A stretch of DNA of 64,000 nt from Podarcis tiliguerta (taxonomy: Eukaryota). Position 1 is the stretch's first letter. Every line of letters starts with the position of its first letter. The notes under the pieces were generated by a model. It worked only from the letters and a program-made list of their open reading frames with translations. It made no database searches and was not told the DNA's origin. The stretch is taken from the NCBI GenBank assembly GCA_965153285.1, contig OZ229113.1; one strand, 5' to 3'. Both the position numbers and the translations under genes were made by a program. Of the stretch, positions 23,885 through 36,739 are shown in pieces.

Positions 23885-26800
23885 CTGTAAAAATATAATA
23901 CTCCGTAATAAAAAAGTCTTCAAGTTTTAACTGTATGGGATGCCACCCTATTCCAAGATATACAGCTACACATTTAGCTGCATCGCTTTCTTTTTACTGT
24001 TTTAACAACTGACTGCTATTTAACTCAAGAAAAGTGCATAGAAAAGAATGACAAGAAGCTACCTCACGGAAAGCATAAGAACAAGCCTGCAAAGAAGTCC
24101 ACAAAAGTTACTAGTCTGTAAGAACATTTACAAGGTTACCCTACAATATATATTCAATAGAAAATTATTTCACTTGGGAGTAGGCCAAAAGAAAAAAGGG
24201 AAACTCAAAGCTTCTTTACTTGATCTCTTGAGGGCAATTAGGACTTGCCATAGACTATTAGACATGTGTTTACTTATAAGCCAAAGAACAAATATATAGT
24301 GTTGAATCAAGAGTTAAGCACAAGAATTACCAAATTAACTTCCCCACTCCCTCTTCCCCATGTCAGCCCTTAAGCACCCCAAAATGCTCCACATAGTGTT
24401 GGGCAACTCTGATGAATGGGGTGGGCTATAGTGCAGAAACTAGGGAAACCCCCCCAAACCTGACAGAAGCAACTTCTTTTGTATTTTAAAAATATTTTCT
24501 ACTGTTTTACTAATTATTTTGATTTTAAATTGTTGTAAACAGTCCACAGTAATATACAGTCACTAAATATGATTGGATTAATAATTATATAAAGAAGAAG
24601 GTGCCTTCGCCTGATTTTAAGGCATTCCCAACATTCCCCTTCAGCATAACTCCTAGTCACCTGGATTTGCAGTAATACTGCACAGGCTAAAACGTGCATT
24701 CAGAAAATCACTACACATAGCTCCCCATTTGAAGCAAGCAATCACTGTGGAATTGGATTTCAAGCTGCTATGGCCCACCTGCTTGTTCATCTGAATCTAT
24801 CCTTAATTAATTCTTTCCTCTACTAGTAGTCCAAGTAATTCCAAATTTGTTTTAACTGTTACTTAATAAAACTGTTCTAGCAGGGACTTTGCAATGACCT
24901 CAGCGTTTCATGAGATCACTTGATGAAATAATTAATGCACAATAAAAAAGTTTCTTTACAAATTGAGAAAGAAAAGACAGAACATTTCAAGGAAAAAGTG
25001 AATTTGCATACAGGAAATATCTCTCTTGGAGGTGATATAATGAAAAAAATATTAAATATTGAACAGAAAGCACAACTTCTTCTTTTTAGTCAACATTTTC
25101 TTAAAAAAATAAAGGGCAATTTTTAAAAATCAGTCTTGTAACCCAATGACTGAATGTATTTTCGATAAAGTTTATTAAGGAACTGGAAAGATTTACTTAC
25201 ATTCACAAAAGTCCAAAAGCAGTTACAAACATGAGCGTTCACGCTAGACACAAGGTTGGTTTTTTTTAAACCTATTTTAGTTATTCTACTCTTGATATTT
25301 TTCCACCAGCAACTGAGGCTGAGTGGCTGCAAGCACTACCACATCGACACAATGCATCATGCCATCAACATCACTATTTCTCCATGAGTAAAGCTGAATC
25401 CTCCTCAAAAATTCAAATCTATTCAAGCTTTGATATTCTTTGCCAAAATATTCAATTCCACTTTGCCAACTCAGGGGAAGAAGGAAAGAGGCAGAAGCAA
25501 ACATGAGAAAAGGACATAGCCGAAGAAGACAGTTGTATTTCCTGCTGTTGTTTCACAAGCAGGAGCATCCTATGTGAACAAGCAGGGCAAAGCTATCTTG
25601 CTCTGCCTCACAGGCTCATCACAATCCATTATACACAACCACACTAGTGTAAAGTGAATAGGACTCTTCTTGCATTAGTTAAGAATTCATTACTAAAATG
25701 AAGCAAAGCCCACAAACATTCAGAGTGTACTGCTAGCTACCACAAGTTCATAGTGCAATTTTCAGCTACGTTTAACGAGTTTCCTACCCACCCTGCTGAG
25801 ATCTGAAAACTAGGTTACTGCGACACAATTTTCTGCTTCACTAGTCTTTCCTTGTCTGCCTTCCTATTTAGTGGAAAGAATCTAAGTTTTAGACAAAAGT
25901 TTTTTCATCCATACAGAAGAGTCGTTCCAAACCCATAATCATACAGTCTATGCTCATAATTTTACTAGCAGAAATCGGGATTCAGATCACCATAGTGGAG
26001 AAATGGAGTAACCTGATCAAGACCTACTGATGCTTTCTTTGAAATCTACATTTTGCTCATTTGCAACAGAATCCCAAGCAAGTTTACTCAGACATAAGTC
26101 CCATTGTATTCAATTAGATTTACTACCTAGTGCCCAAGTTTACCATTGCAGGCCTAATTTATATTTTAATTGTTATACTTCTGCACTTGAATAGAACTAC
26201 TAGTTTTCTATACCAATATTACTGTTAACTTTTCTTCAAAAATACAGGATTGAATCCTACTTTCTATTCACAGGATAGGATATTCCAACCTTTCATTTCC
26301 TTCTACATCCCATGAAAGTTTCCTTAAAAGACTGAGGGAACCTCTGGGACAGTATGGCTTATGATGCTGAGAGTTGAAGCAGGGAGGATGGAAATTCTGA
26401 AAAACCAGGGGCTGACCAGGGGCATGAACCATTGATTTGCACAACTATACCTTTAGATCCAAGCCAAAGCAACTAACTACATTTTAAAAAAAACTTTCCA
26501 GGGAGACACAGGGAAACGCAAGGGCAAGGGAAAGACTGGCTGGTTGTTGTATACTGCATATCAAATATCCGATTCGCCTCCCTCTTGGTGTCCAGACCTA
26601 GTGCTTCATGATTTAAATAAGGTTTATTGGCTCAATTAGTGGGACCAATCTGTTACAGGAATACAGAATGAAAATGGAAATAAAACTTCTAATAAGCATT
26701 AAAATAAGTTATCTGAAGTTTACACTTCCACCAACAACTCCAAAACCATTGCAGCTTACATTTCTACCAAAATCTAAAAACAAAACAAAACATTCTGAGA

Positions 26801-28027
26801 CTTTGATACTTGTTTATTTAAATGGATTGTTTTCTCCTGCTCTGGGCTCTAGGGCCCTATTCAAGTTACAAGACAGCAGGTTATGACTGAACATCAATAT
26901 CTTAATAAAAGTAAGAGCTGTTTGACTATGGAACCAACTCCATAGTCATAGTTAAGCAGAGGTTGGATGGCCATCTGTTTTCCTGATTATAATGAACTTG
27001 CTTATGTTGTAACTGTACAATATTTTCCAAGCCTTGGATTTTCTTCTGGTACTTTACCTTCAGATTACTGAGATTCCAAATTATTTGCACCAGGAGGTTT
27101 ATTATTTACAGATTAACACAGATATTGAACTTATTTTTTTTTATATGGTGCCACCAATGTGCATGGCACTTTACAGTGCACAAGTGGTCTCGTCCCTTAC
27201 TAGATAGCTTACAATATGACATCACCAATAGCAAATTATCTCCACAGGAAAGTTTAAAAGAATTCTAATTCATTTATGTTTAGTTTTTTAAAGATGAAAC
27301 AGTAGAAACAGGAAATTCATCCTAAACTTGGTGCAAACTGATGCCAAGTTAATCAGTCCTATGGAATTCCAGGAGGCTTACTCCAGGTTGAATGTGCACG
27401 GGCTTGAAGCTCAATCCCAACAATTTTTTTAAATGTATTTTTTAAATACATCCTTCCAGTTCTAGGAAAGGCAAGTTGCAGTACAGATTAGTAAAGAACT
27501 GCCTGAAATCCAAATTAAAAGTACAACACTTTGTAACAAAAGGGTACCTGGCACTTGACACTTATCAGCAAGATAAACTGCTTTTTTCAAACCTTGCTTT
27601 AAAAGCAGTATATTCTTCCTATGAAACTGGCCTGGGTTCCCAATATGCCATGGGCTAACCTGGGCTTTAAGTGTCCTTCCTTAACCAATCCTGGCTGCGA
27701 AGAAACTGGTCTGTAGAATCCTTATGTGGGTCTCAGGTGTTGTTGGGTTTTTATGCTGGGAACCGGGAAATGCAAATTAAACAACCAGAATCTGAGTCAT
27801 GATTGAGAACTACAATGGTTTTCAGAAAATGCTTCTAAGAATGAGAAAGGTGGCATCACAACCTGAATGCCAACGCTGTTGTATTCCAACAATGACTTAC
27901 ATTGTTTTCACCACATTTAAAACCAAACCTTCAAACATGTGCCGAGTGTTTCATTGGCATGTACAAGAGAACTGAGCACATACTAAACTTCGTTACTGAA
28001 AAAGATGAATATATTTTGCATTCTTAC

Positions 28028-28217
28028 CTTTTCATTGAAACACTCAAGCAAGTCTTGGACATACCCTCGCATTTCTTGCAGAAATTTATACCGTTCACCA
28101 ACACCCCCAGAAGACCCTTCCAATCTTTCGATTGCCTTGGTAGACTCTTCACGTCTTTGCAGATGCTTCTCATGTTGCTGCTGATTTGCTTTGTGAAATT
28201 CTCTCATTGAGTCCAAC
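28028..28217 (-). CDS. PAXBP1: PAXBP1 exon 7 (190 nt; LDSMREFHK...YKFLQEMRGYVQDLLECFNEK)
   Basis: ag/gtaag boundaries, conserved peptide. Confidence 0.96.
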
Positions 28218-29388
28218 CTAAATGTCAATGGACGCTCGTTTACATCCCAAAGCATACTGTAACCTACAGTATACATGCACTATTTTTCTTATAGTAAAGA
28301 AAACTACAAGAAACAACATTTAAAGCTGTATTGACAGCTTTAAAGAGATGAGGAAACTGTGGCCTTCTAGGTGTTATTGGCTATCTCTACTGACCACTGA
28401 CCATACACAGGCTGGTGGTCCAAGGAGGTCAGTTTCTCCATCCTCACACTACTCCACCCCAGAAATCTGTGCTTTTCCAACTCTCCCCAACATTCATAAA
28501 CCCAAAGCTTTCCACCTAGCAGTGGAGTACATCACATCTTTCTCTACTCCAAAAGCACCCTGCACACTCACTACATATGCTACTTTTATTTCTTCCAGCT
28601 GATGCATAGTATACCCAGGGATCCTTGGTGTACCCTCTACCAACCACACACAAAAGTGGCTGTTTCTTTAGTCAATTTTACCTCATTTCTGAATTGTGTT
28701 TGAATCCTATGTACATATTATGTACATAAAGCACCCCGGTTTATATGGCTCTTTATGCTATATGCAGGGTATTTATTATCTAACCACATTTCCCTTTGCA
28801 TAATCAGTATCCTGAATTCCTGTTGCCCTCAACAGAAATGGGAAGCACACAACAATTTCTCCAACCTTAACATTAAGAACTTGCTAACTCAAATGCTTAA
28901 GCTTAGATTAAAGGTGTCATTATTTATCTATTAATCTGACTCACCTTCAAGCCATTAAGATACATGCTTATAGTAAGAAGTACATGCAACTGCTCAGTTA
29001 ATCCATGTTATTTCCAATTTTCAGTAAATGTTACAGCATTTAAAACTACTAAACATGTAATGTTAAGCCTTTGTCTAAAATGTTTACCTATTCAGAAAAG
29101 AATGGTTTATACTTCTCATAAAAATATAATGTGGTAAGCTAAGTATTACTGTTCTTTCAATCCCTTGGCTACAAAATTAGTTTTCAGTGTCCATTCTTTT
29201 CATGTACCAATCTTCAACATGATCAAATGGTCATTTCCAGAGAAGTAATCCAAGCAGCCTTTTGAACAGTTTGTTTTCTTCCTTTTTTAATGAGGATGTA
29301 TGGGCTTCCATTGATGAAATTCTGCATCTGCCCCCCAGACTGAACCTAGAGGACAGGTCTTAAATTTTAAGAAGTTGGTGTGCCCTAC

Positions 29389-29609
29389 CTGTCTTTAAGC
29401 TGTTTCTTTACCAAATCAATAGTAACAGGAGTCATCTCATTACTGGGAGTTTTGAAAGGTACAGTATTATCTGTTTTGTGAGATTTTGTCTCCGATGATC
29501 CATAAGCAGCATATGTGTAAGGAATGCCATAAGATGAACCATAAGGCATTGTATGGTAAGTATTCTGGTAGTACAGGTTATTCATTTCAGCAGGTTGACT
29601 TGCTTGAAC
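29389..29609 (-). CDS. PAXBP1: PAXBP1 exon 6 (221 nt; VQASQPAEMNNLYYQNTY...VTIDLVKKQLKDR)
   Basis: ag/gtagg boundaries, Tyr-rich conserved segment. Confidence 0.95.
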
Positions 29610-29949
29610 CTATAGGAACAAAATATGTGTAAACCTTATTACAAAAACAAGGTCACAAAGCTAATTCAGTCCAACAGGCAATTTTTAGAAATTATATCTT
29701 AAATTCTACCTGCCCATGTATGTTTCATGTGTACACAAGTGCTTATCAAGGAAAGAAGCAACTCAAAATATCCATCACTCAATGATAAAACAGGGAAGAT
29801 TAGCTTGGATAATTCGTCCTTTCAGCTATGCTTACATCCCTGGTATGCAAATTGTTTTACTGAAGGGGCACTTTTATGATGGGAGGAGGAGAATGGAGGT
29901 CCCCTCTTCTATTCTTTATAGTGCACTGCCAACCAGTCCTATTGCCACA

Positions 29950-30205
29950 ACTGTCAGATCCTCTATTTACCTCTTGCCTCTCAGTTGTGGTCCTGACCTG
30001 TTTAAGGCTTTATAGGTCAAAACTAGCACTCTGAATTGGACCTGGAAACAAATTTGCATCCAGATTAGGATTGGTATTATACAGGCAAACCATTTTGCTC
30101 AGGTGAGCAACCTGGCCGCAAAATTCTGCACCATCTGAAGTCTCCAAACCTTCTTCTGAGGTAGTGCCGTGTATAACACACTCCAGTAATATAACCTAGA
30201 TGTTA
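29950..30205 (-). mobile_element. L2-clade LINE fragment
   Basis: Similar to the 15330-15520 segment (ctccagtaatataacctaga; gcaacctggcc). Confidence 0.6.
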
Positions 30206-30455
30206 GATTAGATCTAACCCATGTTTTATCAAACCCTGGTCATGTACCAGTAGGCCTGTTCAACAAGTGAAGAATAATGGGTCAGGACAAGGTCAGCCCC
30301 AGAACCTAGCTGTCAAATATCTTTGTCACAGGTATCTACACCTCTTTTCTCCCCTCTAGCACTGGCAATTGGGGTCAAGATGAAAAATCCGGAGCTTTAT
30401 TTAGCCAAAGGGTCATCATTTGCTACTACAATTTTAGAATTCCTTTAATACATGC

Positions 30456-30559
30456 CTGAGGTATATTAATGCCTTTACGTATCTGTTCTTGCTCCCATCG
30501 ACTGAGTTCTTCATCCTGTTCCCCAGCAATCAGGGCTTCATCATCACTTCCTTCGATAC
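30456..30559 (-). CDS. PAXBP1: PAXBP1 exon 5 (104 nt; IEGSDDEALIAGEQDEELSRWEQEQIRKGINIPQ), GC donor
   Basis: Acceptor tgctcag|. The frame requires the donor CAG|gcatgt at 30455. Confidence 0.93.
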
Positions 30560-31478
30560 CTGAGCACAAAAACATAATAATCAGTAGGAATAGAACACAC
30601 TAAATAATGGCATGTCGAATACTTTATTCGAGTTTTCTAAAGCTTCCATGCCTTTAATGAAAAAGGCAAACATGTAGCCCTGTTTCTGAGGGAATCTCAA
30701 TATGGGGGCATGTGCCCCTACCTCATATTCTGTTGAGTGAACTGGGGTGTACCCAAGTATGTTTGAGGAAAGAAGATTTTTGCAAATTCCTGTACAAAAT
30801 AACTGGCTCTGCACCCTGTGCACTAATGTGAAGACTGGAACTCGGCTATCAGCCAGATTTTCCCTTCTCTTAAAGTTGCGACAGAGTTCACAGTAGTTTA
30901 AACTTATCAAAATATGAATGAAAATACATCTTTTTGTATTTCTTAAAATCACAGATTAATGCAGAAGCAGAACAAAATTGTGGATAGACACTTGCAACAG
31001 TGACATATATCAGAAACAGATATTTTGTCATTTTTAGTTGTACCGTGTTTGACCACAGGCTCCTCCTCCTCATTCATACTCCAATATGCAGCTATAATAA
31101 CCAAAAGTACACTGTATAACTGGAAAGGCACTTCCATTTGTGAATGATGATTTCCCCAAATCCATCTCCACTCCTGATGCATTCCCCATGCCATATGCTA
31201 GACAATACCTGAGCCTCAGCAGTGTTTTTAGAGGTTGCAGGGAGCTTCAGCAAGGAGGCAGAGGGAAAGCCTAACTGTGCAACTGGATTTTCATTCAACC
31301 TTTAGATCCAAGCCAAACTGTTTACTATAACTACCAATGAATTTATAACATGCAACCTCACTATTACATTATACTATTAAGCCACTGAAAATACAGTTTT
31401 TGGAAACAATTTACGCCAAACACTTTTAATAGCAACAGCAGAGCATTTGGAACTTATTGCAACTTTTCATCATTTTAC

Positions 31479-31700
31479 CTATTTCCTCTGCAATTTTTTG
31501 CCTTTGGGACTTCTCTTTCACAGAAAAGACTATTCTTCGCTTCTCATCATCATCTTCATCGTCACTGGCATCATTTTCATCTTCTCTAACAAGGCGCCCT
31601 TTCCCTGGATCACTGTCAAGTGGCAAAAAGTCCCCAAGCTCACGAGCCATTTGGCGCTTTTTTCTAGCAGCATGAATAAAAGCAGCATCTGGAATTTCTC
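31479..31700 (-). CDS. PAXBP1: PAXBP1 exon 4 (222 nt; EIPDAAFIHAARKKRQMARELGDF...QKIAEEIG)
   Basis: ag/gt boundaries. Contains the IPDAAFIHAARKKR motif shared by Ntr2/GCFC-family proteins. Confidence 0.96.
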
Positions 31701-32554
31701 CTAGAAAAAAAAATGAATGTGCTTTTTAAAAGCCATCAGTTATATTCAATTGTGTTCACATGCTACAGTTCCACCTGCATTCTAATTCCAACTGGCTGCA
31801 ACAGAGGCACAGGCAAGACATCATGACCTATTCCCTCAACCAGGCTGGGATAATCAGCCATCCAGCTCTCCTCCAAATATTTCTTCCCTGCAGCCATCCC
31901 ACTTGGCTTTATTGAAGAGAGAGTTGATATAGCAAGGCTTGCTGCGGCAGTACTTTCAACTCCGTGGTTATGTAAAAGTCTAACAATATCTGAATACTGT
32001 ATGAGTAGCCACATTGATCACATCCACCACAGGCTGCTATGTTCCTGTGACTGAAATGCAATTAAGTAGAATCTGAAGTAGTAAATAGGACCAACAGATT
32101 CAAATTCATTAAGCCAGAATTAGTTCTAAATAATTCATGAAACAGAGGTAGACAAGAAAAATGACAGATATACAAAATCAATTTGTCAGAGAAGATTAAG
32201 ATGGACTATGACTTTTAAATAGATATTCAAAGATGGAAGCCGATCAATTACCTAAACTAAATCAAATCTAAATATTCTGTTAAGGTATTAATAAAAAGTG
32301 ATCTAATTAAGATAATGAATTGGTTTCCCTTTCCCCTAATTTCAACTTAAAAGGCCAGCTAAAAATACCTGGTCTCTGAAGTAGAAAGAAGGAGCAACAG
32401 CTTTAAAAAGACCCCCATGCTGTGAAGATAACGGAACTGGAACTGCGATGGGGTGTCATCCAACTACACTGATTGACACAGCCCTGCCTATGGAATGAGA
32501 AAGGCAAAGAATTCATCTCAGGATAGCCTCCTCCTGAGAAAAAAATACACTAAC

Positions 32555-32731
32555 CTGGACGAAGAACATTCAGAGAAGACAAAGTACTTGAAAATGCTCC
32601 TACAGCTTTTGGCTTTTCTTCTTCTTTCTCACTTTCAACTTCCATCTCCTCTTCTCCTTGTTCACTGTTTGCAGCCCCATCTTCTTGAATTGCATCTTTA
32701 ATCTGTCCTGTCTTGTCAGCAGACTGTTCGG
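32555..32731 (-). CDS. PAXBP1: PAXBP1 exon 3 (177 nt; ...GAFSSTLSSLNVLRP)
   Basis: Boundaries ttttttgcag| and |gttagt, phase 1-1, open frame. Confidence 0.92.
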
Positions 32732-33125
32732 CTGCAAAAAAGTGTGCTCTTGAAGTATTGTTTTGGAAAAATTATTTTAACTATTTTTTAGAACTCACAT
32801 TATATACACCCAAGATAATAGCCCTGTGCAGTCCACAGATGTGGCCAAAACTAATGAATTTTGGAACTAGAAAGTGCAGTGAAACAATTGACAAATATGA
32901 AATATTAATTTGATTTCAACTGCTCCTTAAAAGGTTGGGGAAAGCAGGAAAGGCTGAACTAAAACGTGAAGCTTACTAAGAAACGATATTTAGGTTATTA
33001 ACATACCTTAAATTGGGTTAAGAACTCTGCACCTTAGAGCTGATGAAATTTTGATTAATCTGAACTGTACTTTATTTGAACATCTACATATTTAATTGGT
33101 ACTTAGTACTCTGGTTGCTTATTGG

Positions 33126-33270
33126 CAGTGCTTTTTTTCTAAAAAATGTTTAGGGGTACTCTCATTTTCCTACTCATACTGAAATACTGCCCCACAGTGA
33201 GGCCAAACTTCGATTCACAAAATGTTTAGGGGTATGCACACCCGTGTCCCCCCCCCCGAAAAAAGTACTG
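33126..33270. mobile_element. Short hAT-type MITE
   Basis: Termini CAGTGCTTTTTT / AAAAAAGTACTG. Imperfect 8-bp TSD cttattgg / tttattga. Internal direct repeat aaaatgtttaggggta. Confidence 0.7.
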
Positions 33271-33631
33271 TTTATTGATCCTATAGTATTTGAAACTTAA
33301 ATTTAGTTCTTACCATTATCAACTACCCCTGTACTTTTTATTCATTTTTAAAGTTAGTTCTCTATTGAAATCCCTTCCCAAGAAACTTTGTGTAGCACCA
33401 ACATTGATTTCTTTTCAGCGCCAAGAAATAACTGTTTTATTTCCCCTAGCTTTTAAAGTATTTTAGGCATTAGACAATATTGTTCAACTACTTTGTTTTT
33501 TTCCATCAGTAGTTTACTATATCTGCATATTTTCATTTTGTAAACCACTCAGCTGGTTGAAGATTGGCATATACCGTGAACATTTAAGCATAACATTTCC
33601 TATTCAGTTATAATTTCAAGATAAAGATTAC

Positions 33632-33760
33632 CATCTGCTAAAGAATTGGTTTCTGGTTTTGTCTTCGATTTTTCAAGGTCTTCTTTGTATTCTTTCTTAA
33701 GAAGCTTTACTATCTTTTTGCTGTAACTTGATTTCTTCACTTTAAAAACTTCTTCTGCTT
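33632..33760 (-). CDS. PAXBP1: PAXBP1 exon 2 (129 nt; EAEEVFKVKKSSYSKKIVKLLKKEYKEDLEK...)
   Basis: ag/gt boundaries, conserved FKVKKSSYSKK. Confidence 0.95.
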
Positions 33761-36739
33761 CTTTAGGAGAAAAAATAAGCATGAATGAGAGAAATTACAA
33801 ATCGGCAAAACAGTGACTAATGTCTCTTCAGCTATATAAAAGGTGTTATATAGTGCATTAAAATATATCAAATCCATCATTTTAACTTGACTAAATCAAC
33901 AAACCCAGTTTGTTTCTCACAACAGCTAATCCTTACAATGGGAGAACCCAACCCACAGCTCCTGTGCTATCCCAATACCACAAGTCCTAATTTGCTACAA
34001 GAATGAATTCCAAGAGGTCCAATAGCAAAACAATACCCATAGCACCTGAGGTGCAATATATATATATACACTTTTAATGTAATTCTTTTAAACTCTTTGT
34101 TGGATGCTCTTCTTAAAGGCTACATGCTCATAATTAAAAGGCAGTTTTAATAACTAAATTTTATTACTTTACAATTCTTCATAAAGAATCTTAAAACAAA
34201 TCATAGAAAACAGCACAACAGAATACAAAATAGGTAAATATAATTTTAACTTAAGCTCCAAAATTGGACACCTGCAGATTAATAAGCCGTTTTGTTCACT
34301 ACATGTAAGGGAAGGGTGTACTGACATGTCCTAGAGCAACCTTCTTCTTTGAAATTAAATTTACAGGGCTCCCCCCCCCCCACCACGTCAAGGCAATCAT
34401 TAAGTCAATACATACTTTTGCAAATGAATACTTTTGCTTTTCTAGCCCACACATTACCATTTCTTAATTCTATTTACCCACAGGCCTCTAGACAAGGGCT
34501 GTGCTTGTTTCCATAGGAGTGCTCTTTACAACAGTCTTTCAGTCAGGTACAGGCACATGCATACAAAACCAATGCATGTAGTCACTTATGAAGGATGTAT
34601 ATAAATAGCAAGCTATCCTTTAAAATATATTTATATACACTTGACTGCATCCTTCATAACTGATGTGTTCTTAAAGATTAATTCCCAAGTGTTAAACATC
34701 ATTTTCAAAAAAAGTCCTTAAGGAGGTCCAGCAAAACACACATTTGAAAACTTCTATGTAGATAAACCAAATCAATGTCAAATTGTCCAAAGTTCATGTC
34801 TGGCCTTTAGCATGGTAACTTGAGTACTACATAAGTTATCACACAAGTTTGTTTTAGTGTCCTACCTACAATTTCACTGTTTATTTTGGAGCCCTGATGA
34901 ATACATTTGTTCCCAACAGTACAAAAGATTTGACTGGTTACCTCCAAAATGTTATATCAAAGGAAGACTAAGAACTTTCCGTTCTAACAGCTTTTAGTTT
35001 TTGAAATCTCTGTTATAACCTGCATTTCCTGAAATTCTGATATTTTAGCTGCTGTTTCTGGTGTTTTACATTTTTTTATTTATCCAACTGATTTTCTTTA
35101 TGTTGTGAGTGACTCTGAATGTTTTTTGTGACAAAAACATAGGATATAAACCATTGAAAAATATAAAGTACACTCTCCACCTGCCTAACTTCCAGAGGGG
35201 AGGAAACTCAAAGAAAAAGATGTCATATACTGTATTGGGTTACATAGGCGGCTTCCTACTATAAAGCTATTCTTGAGAATTTATCAAACAAAGATGTTTC
35301 ATTTTTATTAGAGGAAAACAAACTGCTCTAGTTTGCCCCGGCAACTGTCAAAACTTGCTTCAACATTTCATAGGGTGGCCAGATGAAATTCCACTACAGG
35401 AATTCCACATCCTCTTTTCATAGACATTTACTTTTTGTTGGCTACTTTGTTTTTGTGAGGATGGGGTTGGGCCAAGACAGAATATCAAGCAGAAATGAGC
35501 AACGCTTAAAAGACAAGACAGTGTGCATATTCTTATATTCCAAGGATAGGAAACCTGTGACCCTCTAAATGTTAAATAACATCAAGCTCAGTCACCACAG
35601 CCAATGGTCATGGATGATGGAAGCTGTAGTCCAGTAACATCTGGAAGGCCTCAGGTTTCCTATCCTTGCTATATTCCCATGCCAACAGCACAACCCTATG
35701 TCAACTCAATAGTAAATCCCATTGAATTAAATGAGGCTTTCTCAGAGGTAAGTGCTTATAGGATTGCTGCTTGAGTGTTAGCCCCCTACCCCCAAACAGC
35801 CAGACTTATTACTGACTAGGCTTGTATAGAATCACACTGTTCACAAACTGTCATGAGTACTGGTGTAAGACAGACCCCTATATGGGAATATTTTAAAAAC
35901 ATTCCCTCTCTAGGTAAATAAATAGGAAAGTATGTAATACGTATACAGAAATGCAAAGTTTGGTTATACAAACAAAACAATATCTGTTTGTAAATTAACA
36001 AGGTACAGTGGTTGGATTTGCACCAGTCAATGAAATATATTAAATGATATAACCTTAATATACCTCGCTATCTTTGCAGTCTCTCAGTGCTCCTCTAACA
36101 TTACTAAGGAAGCAGTAGCACCAAGTTGGCAGACAAAATTATTCATGCAATTAATTTAGTACAGACTGACAGTGTTGTTCTGGGAACAGGACTAGTTGGC
36201 TGCAAATTTATTTTGGTCAGAAATAGAACTGCCAGTGATGACTGACATTTATGACCCGGTTTTCATGCAAGACTATCTCTGCATGTGGCTTTTCCCTCTA
36301 ACAATGCATGGATCAGTGAAGAATTATATCCCCACACACTTCTGTACGTGTTTCAAATTAAGAGCTGCAATTGAAACATGTAACTCCTTCATACTATGCA
36401 CTTACTTTCATCATACCACGGTACAAAATACCTCATTTAAAAACCTCTCTAAGATATATCTTTGGGGCTTTCCTACAATAACTCAGTAGAACGTATGCAT
36501 GCTTAATGTATGTTTACAATGAAGCACATGAATGTAACATGACATATGCATATATGTATGTCGTGTGTGAATGTGGGGGGGGGGGGGAGAGAAATGGAGG
36601 CCATTCTCAATATCTCCCGCGGCCATTTTACCGATTTCTCCCCAATATTTCATTTTCAAGGCAACATGTGACATCTGTACCCGATCGGAAGCTCACCTAT
36701 TTTCTACTCTACTGAATAATCTCCATAGTTCTGAGCTGC

